From NCBI RefSeq assembly GCF_004010195.1, contig NC_057760.1, positions 540,432-604,431 on the forward strand: DNA of 64,000 bases, in the 5' to 3' direction. Of this stretch, positions 12,401 to 23,004 are shown piece by piece. Position numbers and translations under genes: made by a program. Every line of letters begins with the position of its first letter. The first letter of the stretch is position 1. The DNA is from Chiloscyllium plagiosum. Taxonomy: Eukaryota. A model generated the notes under the pieces. It did not search any database and was not told the origin of the DNA. It saw nothing but the letters and a program-made list of their open reading frames with translations.

Positions 12401-15400
12401 AGAATGCGTCTTTTTCCAATTCTCAGTGCAACACAAGTGCAATTTTTTTTCCTACTCAATAGACCAGTCCTCTTCAAGGTGGAAACAGGATTTTAAACCT
12501 TTCCCCAGTATTCTTGATCACAACGATAGCATGCACATATACCTATCCTTAATTAACAAAACGTTCGTGAATTCAATGTGATCGACATCAATCAACCAGC
12601 ATTCCAGTGATGGACCTCATGGTCGAACAGCTATTTAAAGTATCTTCCAGTTAAAAGTGTATCCCGGGATGATCCCTATACACAGATTCAGCCCATCAGG
12701 AATACAGGGGTATAAACAGCCTGATACATCTTAGTTGGCTTTGTAGTCTATGTGAAGAATCCAAGATGAGAGAGGATGGAGAGATCGTAGAATCCTCTCA
12801 GTGTGGAAGCAGGCCAATCAGCCCATCCAGTCTGCACCAATGCGCTGAAGAGCATCGCATCCAAACTAACTTCCCCCTTTCCTATCACTGTAACCCTACA
12901 TTCCCCATGGTGAACCCCCTAACCTGAAGAGCCCTGAACACTATGGGGCAATTTAGCATGGCCAATCCACTCTAACCAGCACATCTTTGGACTGTGGGAG
13001 CACTTGGAGGAAGCCCACACAGATACGGGGGGTGTCAACGTGCGAACTACACAGTAAGAGGGTGGAATCAAAGCCGGGTCCCTGGCGCTGAGAGGCGACA
13101 GCGCTAAGCACTGAGCCACCGTGCCGCCCTAATTTTTATTTCTTGATGCAGCCATGGAAGTTGGGCATCGCTGGCTAGGTGGGCATCTGTGGCCCATTGC
13201 CTTCTAAAGAATAGTGGTGAGTCCACTTGGTATAGTTAGGGGACAGAGCTCCAGCAGCTGCTAAATAGGCCTAACAGAAGGGAGAAAACATTTCAAACAG
13301 AACTCACCATGTAATATCCAGGTAACAGCTTCTGTAAAAACTCCGCCTCCTTGTGCTGAACCGTTTTGATGATAAATTCATCATCAGCAGATACGTAGAA
13401 GACAGAGCCACTAGCACCGGGGTTAGACAACTCAATCAGTTGTTCGTTACATAGAGAATACTGTTTTGTTTTGGGGGGTGGGGGGTTTTGAAGGGTTGGA
13501 GAGGAGAGAAAGAAAAGCGTCAATTTATAGAGTGTCTGTTCGTAACTCAAAACCAGTGCCCAAAGCTCTATGTCCACGCACAGCCGCTCCACGACATTTC
13601 GCCAACATTAAACTTCAAACAGATTGAAAGTTCCAGGGGAAGCACAGCCACAGTCATAATCAGTCTGTAAACTTCTCTGCAACTCGGCATTTCCGGTAAC
13701 CATTTAGTAGCCTGCAAGTTACAATTTTTAACACGGCACTGCACCTGTACAGAGACCCAGGCTGTTTAGCAGTCACCAGGAGAGCAGATTCACAAAGAGG
13801 TTTGCAGACTTAAAGCGTTGCACAGGTTTCCCGTATTCCTACCAGATTAAAACGTAAGGAAATATTATGGCCCTGTTACCTGTTGTTTGTTGGAACATTG
13901 TTTGGCACAAATCAGTCAGGTGTGACTCTCACCTGTCATGCATGGACTACAGTGCTCACCCAGCCATGATGTTGCTCAAAACCGCAGTCTTATTAGATTA
14001 GATTACCTACAGTGTGGAAACAGGCCCTTCGGCCCAACCAGTCCACCCCGCCTCTGACTAATGCGCCTAACACTATGGGCAATTTAACATGGCCGATTCA
14101 CCTGACCTGCATATCATTGTGACTGTGGGAGGAAACCGGAGCGAACCCACACAGACACGGGGAGAATTGTGCAAGCTCCACACAGAGAGTCACCAGAGGA
14201 TGGAATTGAACCTGGGACCCTGGCGCTGTGAGGCAGCAGTGCTAACCACTGAGCCACTTTTTCCACCTTATATTGACAGATCTTGTCTAAACTAAAGTCT
14301 GAGCAGGATAGTCACATTCTTTGATTTGATTTATTACGGTCACATGTACCTCGATACAGTGAAATGTTTTGTTTTGCATGCAGTACAGGCAGATCATATC
14401 ATACAAAGTGCTTTAGGATAATAGAACAGGGCGAGGCATGAATACATCATTACGATTGGAGAAAAGGTGCACGAAGAGCAAGATCAACATTAAGTTTAAA
14501 ATTTGAGAGGTCTGTGCAGAAGTCTAATAACAGTGGAGAAGAAGTTTTCTTGAATCTGTTAGCGTGTGTTTCAGCTTTTGTATCTCCTGCCCAATGGAAG
14601 ACATGCGGGATGGGAGGGGTCTTTGATTACGCTGGCTGCCTTCCCAAGGCAGAAGTATAGATGGACTCAATGGATTGAAGGTTGGCTTGTTGTCATGGAC
14701 TAATGCATCCCAGCTCCCTTAGTCAGTCCTTACACCCCTTCTCCTGTGGCTCACAAGGACCTACAACTGTTGTTGCCTGTATCGTATTCCCACCAGATTT
14801 GTTTTCTCATCCCTGGTTAACTGCCTTAAGCTGAGGAACATCGTCAGAACTTCAGACCGCACCATCATAGCTGTGTCAAGGCACAACTCCAACAATGCCT
14901 CTGGAGCTCTCACCTACCCACTACACTTTCCAGCCTCAGGATTTGAAAATCCCAAAGCACTCCTGACTGACCAACACAGCCCTCTACCCCATGCCACTCA
15001 AAACACTCATCCAAAACGCTGCTGCCTGTATTCTTGCCCTATCTCATTGCCAATCTCCCAAGCCCCTCACAAACGTGAAGCTGTCTCTTCAAATAGAGAA
15101 TATTCTTCACCCTATGACCAGCCAATGAACTCTTCAATGACAACCACGCCCCCCCTCCATTACTTTGGAGACTAACCACCGACACTTACCAGATAGTCAT
15201 CAGGGCGAATTCCAAACAGCTCCCGGAAATATCGGAATGCCACAGGCGCATAGTTTTTGAACCTGAAATCGGCGTAGTGATGGGCTGGTGTCAAGTTGCT
15301 TCCTTCGCTGAAGATCCAAAACAACAAGGCAAAGTTTAATTTTCCAAACATAGACTGGGACTGTCCTAGTGTGAAGGGCTTGAATGGGGAAGAATTTGTT

Positions 15401-18400
15401 GTGTGTGTACACAAAAACACTCTTATTGAATATGTGGAAGTACCTGCGAGAGAAGGAGCAATGCTTGATCTTTTGTTGGGAAATAAGGCAGGCCATAAGT
15501 GAGGTGTCAGTGTGGGAGCACTTTTCGGGCCAGTGACCATAATTCTATTAGTTTTAAAAGAGTTTTGGAAAGGTTATAGAACTAAGCAAATTTCTAAATT
15601 GGAGTATGGCCAATTTTGTCGGTATTAGACAGAAGCTTTCAAAAGTTGATTGGGTGAGGCGATTTATCAGTATAGGAATGGTTGGCAAGTGGGCGGCCTT
15701 TAAAGAACAAGATAACAAGAGTTCAGAGATTGTTAGTGTGAAGGGAAAGGCTGGTAGGTGTCGGGAATGCTGGATGACTAGAGAAATTGAGGGTCTGGAA
15801 AAGGATGCATATGTCAGGTTTAGACAATTGGGATCGAGTGAATCCCGAGAAGAGTCTTAAGGCAGTAAGAGTATATTTTAAAGGGAAATTAGGAGGGCAA
15901 AAAAGATGACGTGAGATAGGGTTAGCAAGAATCCAAAGGGATTCGATAAATACATTAAGGGCAAAAGAGTAACTAGGGAGAGAATAGGGCCCCTTAAAGG
16001 CCAACATGGAACGCAGGAACTGGGTGAGATCCTGAATGAATATATTGCGTCAGTACTTACTGTAGAGAAAGACATGGAGAACTATGGAACTTCAGGAAAT
16101 AAATAGTGATAGAACCATAGAATCCCTACAATGTGGAAACAGGCCATTCGGCCCAACAAGTCCATACCATCATTCCGAAGAGCATCTCACCCAGACGCAT
16201 TCCCCCACCTTATTGCCCATAACTAACGTACCCAACCTACACACCCCTGAACATTATGGGCAATTTAATATGGCCAACTCACCTAACCTACACATCTTTG
16301 GACTGTGGGGGGAAACCACACAGACACAAGGAGATTGCGCAAACTCCACACAAACAGTTGCCTGAGGCTGGAATCGAACCCAGGTCCCCGGCGCTGTGAG
16401 GCAGCAGTGCTAATGACTGAGCCACTGTGACGCCCCTCAGCCATAGAGGGGCCTTGAAAGGAGTTCATATTACAGAAGAGGCAGGGCTGGCGGGTCCGAA
16501 AATGCATAAAAGTAGATTAATCACTGGGACTTGATCAGGTGTTTTCCCAGAACTTTGTGGTGGAAAGCTAGGGAAAAGATTACTGGGACCCTTGCTGCGA
16601 TATTTGTTTCATTGATAGCCACGGGTGAGGTGCCATGTTGGCTAATGCGATGCCACGAGTTAAAGAAGGTCGTAAGGAAAAATCAGGGAACCACAAACCA
16701 GTGAGCCTTACGTCAATACTGGGTAAGTTGTTGGAAGGGATTCTGAGGGACAGGACTTACATGCATTTGAAAAGGCACGGTCTGTTTAAGCACAGTCGGC
16801 ACCACACACTCGACTCTGATTAGAGAGATTGTCGACATGGCTGTGTTTGTTTGGGAAACTCATGTCTCACTAACTTGAATTAGTATTTTTTTGAAGAACT
16901 AACGAAGAAGATTGATGAAAGCAGAGCGGTTCAACAAGGGTCCACATGGTAGAAATGGTAAGGGTTAGATCACACAGGATCTGGAGGAGCTAGCCAAGAC
17001 ATCCCGACCCAATCCAGTCCCACCCGCCAGCACCCGGCCCATATCTCTCCAAACCCTTCCTATTCATATACCCATCCAGATGCGTTTTAAATGTTGCAAT
17101 TGTACCAGCCTCCACCACTTCCTCTGGCAGCTCATTCCACACAAGTACCACCCTCTGCGTGAAAAGGTTGCCCCATAGGTCTCTTTTATATCTTTCCCCT
17201 CTCACCCTAAACCTATGCCCTCTAGTTCTGGACTCCCCGATCTCAGGGAAAAGACTGTTTATCCTATCCATGCCCCTCATGATTTTATTAACCTCTATAA
17301 GGTCACCCCTCAGCCTCTGACGCTCCAGGGAAAACAGCCCCAACCTGTTCAGCCTCTCCCTGTAGCTCAAATCCTCCAACCCTGGTAACATCCTTGTAAA
17401 ACTTTTCTGAACCCTTTCAAGTTTCACAACATCTTTCCGATAGGAAGACCAGAACTGCACGCAATATTCCAACAATGGCCTAACCAATGACCTCTACAGC
17501 CGCAACATGACTACTGTACTCAATACTCTGACCAATGAAGGAAAGCATACCAAACGCCTTCTTCACTATCCTATCTACCTGCAATGCCATTTTCAAGGAG
17601 CTATGAACCTGCACTCCAAGGTCTCTTTGTTCAGCAACACTCCCTAGGACCTTACCATTAAGTGGACAAGTCCTGCTAAGATTTGCTTTCTCAAAATGCA
17701 GCACCTTGCATTTATCTGAATTAAACTCCATCTGCTTCTTCTCGGCCCATTGGCCCAATTGATTAAGATCCTGTTGTAATCTGAGGTAACCCTCTTCGCT
17801 GTCCACTACACCTCCAATTTTGATGTAATCTGCAAACTTACTAGCCGTACCTCTTATGCTCGCATCCAATTCATTTATATAAATGACAAAAAGTAGAGGA
17901 CCCAGCACGGATCCTTGTGGCACTCCACTAGTCACAAGCCTCCAGTCTGAAAAACAACCCTCCACCACAGGCCAGACACGCTCAAAACATTTCAAGAAAG
18001 TGGCCCTAACTTTGCTAGTTGTTTTCAGCAGGTGTAACGCAGATATTCCAGGAGTGATGCAGCTGACCAACCCATTTAGCTTTAAACAAAACAGAATTTA
18101 TTTACAAGATTACGGAATGGCACACAAAAGAAAACAGAATACAGGATAACAACCTATCTGAAAATCCAACAGATCATCCCAACTTAATAATGCTGTTCCA
18201 AATACTTGAGACAATGCCCATAAACACCCCTTGGCACAAAAGGTAAAAATCAAACACGGGGTCTTACAGGAGAGAAGTCAGAGAGAGATCAGCATGGATC
18301 TGTTTCTTTGGGTCCAGCAGTCTTTTCCACTACTGTGCTAAAACCAAACCAAACCAGAGTAAAGCTGAGCTGAGAGAACTGGCCACTCCCATTTCACAGT

Positions 18401-21400
18401 ACAAGATTTTTTTAAAAAAAATTAAAAGCCTTTTGCCTGAGGCAGTATGTGCTATGTTAGCTATAATCAAATTGGCCCTAAAACTCTCAACTTAGACTTC
18501 GAGTCAGTATTGTTTATGACCCCTCTGAAAACAAACAGCAAGGACACTGTAACTTGTTAAAGGAGCATCATCGTCACACTAGCCAGGTCTGTTGAATCCC
18601 TCACCTTGGGAAGAAAATGCTCTCCACCACGTAGAAGTCCTGCATGAGGACATCGCGCTCAGGCTTAGTGCTGAGACTCCCAACTGTGTGCGTGATCCCC
18701 AACTGAATGGCACCTCGGAGGGCAGAGGAGGTCGTCTGCGATGGGAAAAAAAACACACACGTACAAGATCAGAAGCAAGAAGTAGGAAATTGCACCAAGT
18801 CCGGAAATGAGAAGAAAATCGGCTCCTCAACCCAACGCGCGTTTAAACAAGGTGAGCGATTTTCTTTTTCTTCTTCCCTCTCTCGTGCTGTGATCCACTC
18901 GGGGAAAAACGCAGCAAGGTGTGTCATTGAAGTGTGCAGGATTTGCTGCAAGACATCTCTGTCCTTTCCCAGTGCTGTGATCTGCTCCCAGAGACAGTTA
19001 TTCAGCCCATCATGAGCAGCCAGTTCGCCAAACTTAATCCCTTATCTGGGCACAGATGGGAAGTGGATATTGTCAATGACAAGATGGCCGACAATGATAG
19101 CCACCAAGCAGCTTCAGGTTGAGTATCACAAGTAAAGACACTAGTGTGGTATAAATGTTTGGACCATCATCTCCCTCTCTCAAACACACAAAGGCACAGC
19201 CACTTGAACAAGCTGCCAACCAGCCGCAACACACGTGGAACAGGACTGCCAACACCCACAAGCTCTGGAGGTGGGAAAGAGGCAAATATATAATCTCAGG
19301 AACAGACACCCACCTTTTTATACGTAGTCTCCCCGGTGGAGTCCACTCGCCGGTGGCCTATCTTCTTCAACTGTGTGCCATACGAAGAGGCTGCTGCCAT
19401 CTGCCAACAAGAAAGCCAATCAAGTTGAAGGCAATGCTGTCAGCCCAATGCAAGTCATTTATGTTGCACCCCAGAAAGTAAGTTTTCACAACTGAAGCCT
19501 TCAGTGGTTACACCCTCTGAAATTCTCTCTCTTGTGGATGTAGGTTTGCTCACTGCGCTGGAAGGTTCATTTCCAGACGTTTCATCACCCTACGAGGTAA
19601 CAACTTCAGTGGGCCTCCGGGCAAAGCACTGTTGGTAGTTCCTGCTTTCTATTTATAGATAAACAGATTTATATAACTAGAAAGCAGGAATTTTCATCAG
19701 TAGTGCTTCACCTGGAAGCCCACTGAAGATGTTATCTAGTAGGGTGACAAAATGTCTGGAAATGAACCTTCCAGCTCAGTGAGCAAACCTACATCCAGAA
19801 TCTCAACCTGAGCTACAAATCTTCTCAAATCTTCGTTCTCTTGTGTTATAGACCGGAACAACCCCCCCCCACCCCAAAATATAAGATAGTCTAGAGCGTA
19901 ATGTTTTCTTATTTCATAGGCAAGTGCCATGTGTTGTTTTCCGAATGCAATTCGATTGGTCAAACTACCAGACTTGTAGCAAAACACTCTTTACTCATCA
20001 ACCATAGTTAAAATACAAAAGAATGAACAATTTGGAAAACTTAACAGAATAATAGATTATTTTACTATGAAACAGTAACTGTTCCAATAATAGTAACATG
20101 CCACAAACACACCCTTGGCAAAGGCAAATTCAGTAAAATAGATTGGCTCACAGGTGATTCTCCAGTCCAAGAGGAAGAAAACATCAAGAGAAAACTGAGT
20201 GAGAGACAGCAGCAGGGAGAGATATCCTGCAACCTCCAAACCTAGCAACTGCTACTGAAAATCTACAACTAAAAATCCTGGCTTGACCACACACACACAG
20301 GCTGCTTCTATTGTTCCAACTTTAAAAAAAAACCCCAAGGCCTCAAAAGCTGTTTACTTCATTGGCTTGGAGTAGACTGATCCACATCTCCGTCTCAACC
20401 TTTCTTAGTTTTAAAAACCCAAAACAAAATATACCTCTTAAAGCCACAGTATCATCACTCTCGCTGACTCATTAAAATCTCTCCTACGCGTCACTGAAGA
20501 TAAAATGAAAGGCATTGTATAATGATGCTGTGCTCAACTCTGAAACCATCCCCTCCCACACCCAGTCAGGAACTCTACTCCACCACGGGTTAGTCAATTG
20601 CTGGGAGCTCAGTTACGGCTACTTCCCGAATACTGGGGAGGGATTTAATGCTGGGGATAAAAAGGTTGAGAAACTCCAATCACTACCAGAAGGCTAAAGA
20701 GGTTGGGGCTATTTTCCCTGAGTGTCGGAGGCTAAGGGGTGACCTTATGGAAGTTTATACAATCATGGGGGTGGATTGCATAGATTGGGTAAGTAATGAA
20801 AGCCTTTTCCCCAGGGTTGGGGAGTCCAAAGCTAGAGGGCATAGGTTGAAGGTGAGAGGGGAAAGATTTAGAAGGGACCGAAGGGGCAACTTTTTTATGC
20901 AGAGTGGTGTGTGTATGGAATGACCTGCCAGAGGAAGTGGTGGAGGCTCGTACAATTGCAGCATTTAAAAGGCATCTGGATGGGGACATGAATAGGAAGG
21001 GTTTAGAGGGATATGGGCACAATGCTGGCAAATGGAACTAGATTAGGTTAGAATATCTGGTCAGCATGGACGAGTTGGACCAAACGGTGTTTCTGTGCTG
21101 TACATCTCTACGACTCTATAACACTTGAGTGATGCCCTGGACCAGTTTTGCACAGCTCAGGCTAATGCTCCAAGTCCAAATCAACACACAGGTTCAAATC
21201 CCACCAGGAACTCATTTATTCAATAGATTTTGCATTAACAGTTGGATCCACACCCCATGAATAAAGTGTCATGTACATTAATAATAGGCAGGGGTACAAG
21301 GTTGAAGTCTCTCAGTTGAATAGGTGCATCCCAAGGAAGAATGAGAAACTGACATATTCAGGGCAGAGAAATGACCATTAGAAGTGGATAACATCAATAT

Positions 21401-22257
21401 CAAGATGGCCAACTACAATAGACACTACTCCTACTCCCAGCTCCATTCCCTACCAGACTAAGCTAAGTTCGCTTTTAAAACTACCAAAAATGCAACTCTT
21501 GTTTTGCCCATCCATTATGTCAAATGAATAAATGCTTGCAACTTTACTTCCTGTCAACTTCTCTGACACGTCATATTGTGAATTCTGACATCTACATTTC
21601 CATGTAAACATGTCATGTAACGATTACAGCCTCCCAGCACCACGAGGATACAAGAGTTCTCAGCCTCAAACAACTGCATTCCGGCCAACTCCGGAAACTG
21701 CCAAACGCTTGCTACCACCTTGCTTTGGGGCACCTCTTGCCAACGCTCCTGAAGATTACGACAGTGCCTTTGAACGCATCACCAAACCGGAAAGGGTATA
21801 CCAGATGATGCTGCTTTTCTTCTCGCACCCCCGCGCCAGCCTTGCTCCCTGCTCACCACTGGGTCTATCACTGCACTCAGGGAACGAGAAAGCCAGTGAG
21901 GTGGCAGCTCAGGACTCTTTCCGAACACTCCTCCGGCTGACGTGAATGGTTCTGTAATTTAATTCAGTGGTACAGGGCTAAGCACAAGTCCCATGGTGTC
22001 TCTGGCTGTGATCGCCAAAGGTAACGTGTGACCACACGAGCTGCTTGTTATGGCAGTAAATGCTTCCCACAGCCAGCATTCACATCGCAGGAGAGAATTA
22101 TGGTTAATTAAAGATTATAAGCTTTATGCAAAGTTCATCTTCAATGTAGACTTTTCTAGCAGAAACAAAGTAATAAATACATTTATATAACTGCATCCAA
22201 CAGGGTGCATTTATCACTCACGTACCTCTGAAGATGGCACTCTCCTGTAAGTCAGCC
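2289..22257 (-). CDS. PIP5K1A: Type I phosphatidylinositol-4-phosphate 5-kinase alpha-like gene (partial span; 11 exons listed separately)
   Basis: The spliced exons stay in frame and give PIPK motifs: [90 protein letters not shown]. Alpha-paralogue call rests on residues ([24 protein letters not shown]) and on the CIART neighbour (both on human 1q21). Confidence 0.9.
2970..3420 (+). mobile_element. CR1/HER1 LINE RT fragment
   Basis: [43 protein letters not shown]. Confidence 0.9.
5557..5780. mobile_element. Fold-back Penelope-like (pLTR-derived) element with hammerhead motif, inserted in an HE1 SINE
   Basis: Inverted arms about 5559-5646 and 5666-5749, tail to 5780; flanking duplication GG(G/A)TCTGGGTG at 5546-5556 and 5781-5791. 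Confidence 0.8.
5615..5649 (-). ncRNA. Minimal type I hammerhead ribozyme motif
   Basis: CAC-CUGAUGA-A-GGAG(CGGCA)CUCC-GAAA-GCUA-GUG: stem I CAC/GUG, intact core, palindromic AGCU in place of stem III, CUA triplet. Confidence 0.7.
6070..6240. mobile_element. Partial Tc1/mariner-type MITE
   Basis: Ends in ...CCGTGTTTTAGCAGAACTGACTG (CAGT-type terminus) with internal TTATAA-like subrepeats; the other end is not seen. Confidence 0.4.
6245..6760 (+). mobile_element. Partial solo LTR
   Basis: AATAAA at 6601, ends GGTCTGGTCCATAACA; similar to the reverse complement of 17968-18578 and 19844-20459. Confidence 0.55.
6942..7026 (-). CDS. PIP5K1A: PIP5K1A exon [28 protein letters not shown](L)
   Basis: 85 bp; ctttgtttcAG / GTaaat. 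Confidence 0.97.
7578..7626 (-). CDS. PIP5K1A: PIP5K1A exon (R)[16 protein letters not shown] (type I activation loop)
   Basis: 49 bp; ctgttttAG / GTgagt. The KKLEH Glu is the type I (PI4P-specific) signature. Confidence 0.97.
7770..8110 (-). mobile_element. L2-like LINE fragment
   Basis: Minus strand reads approximately [31 protein letters not shown], like the L2 ORF2 C-terminus. Similar remnants near 1600-1930, 4380-4620 and 12210-12390. Confidence 0.55.
8136..8219 (-). CDS. PIP5K1A: PIP5K1A exon (L)[27 protein letters not shown](R)
   Basis: 84 bp; tttgttttgtttcAG / GTaagt; IDILQ catalytic motif. Confidence 0.97.
8320..8780 (+). mobile_element. CR1 LINE 3' fragment
   Basis: CR1 ORF2 C-terminal motifs (EYC.QF, TRGHRF.V, WNE.P), decayed. 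Confidence 0.9.
9118..9341 (-). CDS. PIP5K1A: PIP5K1A exon [18 protein letters not shown]...kinase insert...GETDE(L)
   Basis: 224 bp; cccaacgtAG / GTgagc; ends in phase 2. Confidence 0.96.
9363..9850. repeat. (GA)n microsatellite spanning the gap 9487-9814
   Basis: Seen directly; reads (TC)n on the gene strand just upstream of the 9341 acceptor. Confidence 0.95.
10610..10915 (-). mobile_element. HE1-type SINE
   Basis: Reverse complement has GGTGGCTCAATGGTTAGC and GGTTCGATTCC. Confidence 0.85.
11862..12161 (-). CDS. PIP5K1A: PIP5K1A exon [15 protein letters not shown]...[13 protein letters not shown]...KDLDF...IQRDCL
   Basis: 300 bp; ctctcctgacAG / GTtagt. Confidence 0.98.
12786..13129 (-). 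mobile_element. HE1-type SINE
   Basis: Starts GGGCGGCACGGTGGCTCAGTG on the minus strand. Confidence 0.85.
13308..13460 (-). CDS. PIP5K1A: PIP5K1A exon [51 protein letters not shown] (G-loop, catalytic Lys)
   Basis: 153 bp; aaaacAG / GTgagt. Confidence 0.97.
13993..14258 (-). mobile_element. HE1-type SINE
   Basis: A and B boxes, core, (AATCT)n-type tail. Confidence 0.85.
14320..14700 (-). mobile_element. Old non-LTR retrotransposon 3' end (Rex1/Babar-like)
   Basis: Minus-strand end AATAAATCAAATC; family assigned from recollection only. Confidence 0.4.
15190..15307 (-). CDS. PIP5K1A: PIP5K1A exon (S)[39 protein letters not shown]
   Basis: 118 bp; ggatcttcAG / GTaagt; lies inside ORF 15172..15540. 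Confidence 0.97.
15330..16998 (+). mobile_element. CR1 LINE ORF2 fragment (endonuclease end to start of RT), decayed
   Basis: [43 protein letters not shown]. Confidence 0.9.
16110..16436 (-). mobile_element. HE1-type SINE nested in a CR1 LINE
   Basis: A and B boxes; CR1 ORF2 sequence continues on both sides. Confidence 0.85.
16999..17968 (-). mobile_element. CR1 LINE 3' part, relatively young
   Basis: [49 protein letters not shown] motifs. Confidence 0.95.
17968..18578 (-). mobile_element. Solo LTR, one end lost at a CR1 junction
   Basis: Begins TGTGACGATG on the minus strand; shares blocks (AAACAC(A)CCCTTGGCA, CTGTTCCAA) with 19844-20459. Confidence 0.55.
18605..18735 (-). CDS. PIP5K1A: PIP5K1A exon [43 protein letters not shown](S)
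   Basis: 131 bp; tttttcccatcgcAG / GTgagg; phase 0 to phase 2. Confidence 0.97.
19314..19400 (-). CDS. PIP5K1A: PIP5K1A exon [29 protein letters not shown]
   Basis: 87 bp; ttcttgttggcAG / GTgggt; conserved KKIGHR..GETTYKK. Not in the ORF track. Confidence 0.95.
19535..19835. mobile_element. Second family of fold-back Penelope-like element with two decayed hammerhead motifs
   Basis: Arms about 19535-19657 and 19672-19797, tail 19798-19835, TCTCTTG on both flanks. Motif consensus CCA-CUGAAGA-U-GUUACCU..GGGUGAC-GAAA-CGUC-UGG at 19573-19612 (-) and 19720-19759 (+). Confidence 0.78.
19844..20459 (-). mobile_element. Solo LTR
   Basis: Plus-strand termini TGTTATAG...ATCATCACT, flanked by CTTG/CTCG (possible 4-bp TSD). 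Confidence 0.55.
20690..21120 (+). mobile_element. CR1 LINE 3' end
   Basis: [21 protein letters not shown], 3' UTR ending ACGACTCTAT. Confidence 0.9.
22226..22257 (-). CDS. PIP5K1A: PIP5K1A small N-terminal exon, (G)[10 protein letters not shown]
   Basis: 32 bp; acceptor tttttctcctttgtAG, donor GTacgt. Phase 1 to phase 0, in frame with the next exon; resembles the short ...KRPMASE exon of mammalian PIP5K1A. Confidence 0.7.
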
Positions 22258-22489
22258 CTACAAAGGAGAAAAATAAAGTAAATTGTCAGTACATATCAGT
22301 TGGCAGAACACAGAGAAGTGGTATGTGAATCACGGACCCTGAATTTGAGGCTCCCCTCTTTCCTGCCGATGACGTTAAGCACCAGACAAGGATAATGTCT
22401 TCAGAATGTACCCTGCAGCTACAACAGCAGGACAGAAGTTGGCAATTCTGTAAACGAGTAACTCACCTCCTGTCTTGTTACTGCCTGCC

Positions 22490-22975
22490 TACTTACCTAC
22501 AAGAAACAGTTAGGAATGAAGGAATACCACCCTCTTGCTTGGATGAGAGCAGATCCAACAACACAAGATGTTCAACACCATCCAGGATGCAGCAGACTGC
22601 TTGATCAGCATTTGCTCCCTCCACTACCACAGACAGCAGGTGTTGTGTACCATGTACAAGATGCTCTGCTACAATGCACCAAAGCTCCTTCGACATAATT
22701 TTTCAAACCCACACTCTCGGTCACTGGAAGGGCAAGGACAGCAGATGCACAGGAACCACATCCAAACCTCACACCATTCTGACTTGAAACAGTAGTAAGA
22801 AGCCAGTGTTCCAAAACGCAGGAACTCCCTGCCAGCGCACCACAGGCATCCCCATACGACATGGACTGCAGAATTCAAGAAGGCAGCTCACTACCATGTT
22901 CTCCAGAGCAATTTACTAGTGAAATACACAGTGGCTTAGCAAGCAATGACCACATTCTACTAACAAATAAAAAAA
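22490..22975 (+). mobile_element. 3' fragment of a second CR1/Jockey-group LINE family
   Basis: EYHPLAWMRADPTT..TIQDAADCLI..SLHYHRQ..CTMYKM. Its tail GGACTGCAG..TTCAAGAAGGCAGCTCAC recurs at about 10130 and 60760. Confidence 0.65.
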
Positions 22976-23004
22976 AAAGGTTCCCTGACAAGAGATTAGG
23001 GCTC

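Noticed and set aside
16990..18070. RT-like ORFs as host genes or an active LINE
   Set aside because: 5'-truncated, frameshifted CR1 fragments; the same applies to all other CR1 ORFs in the track.
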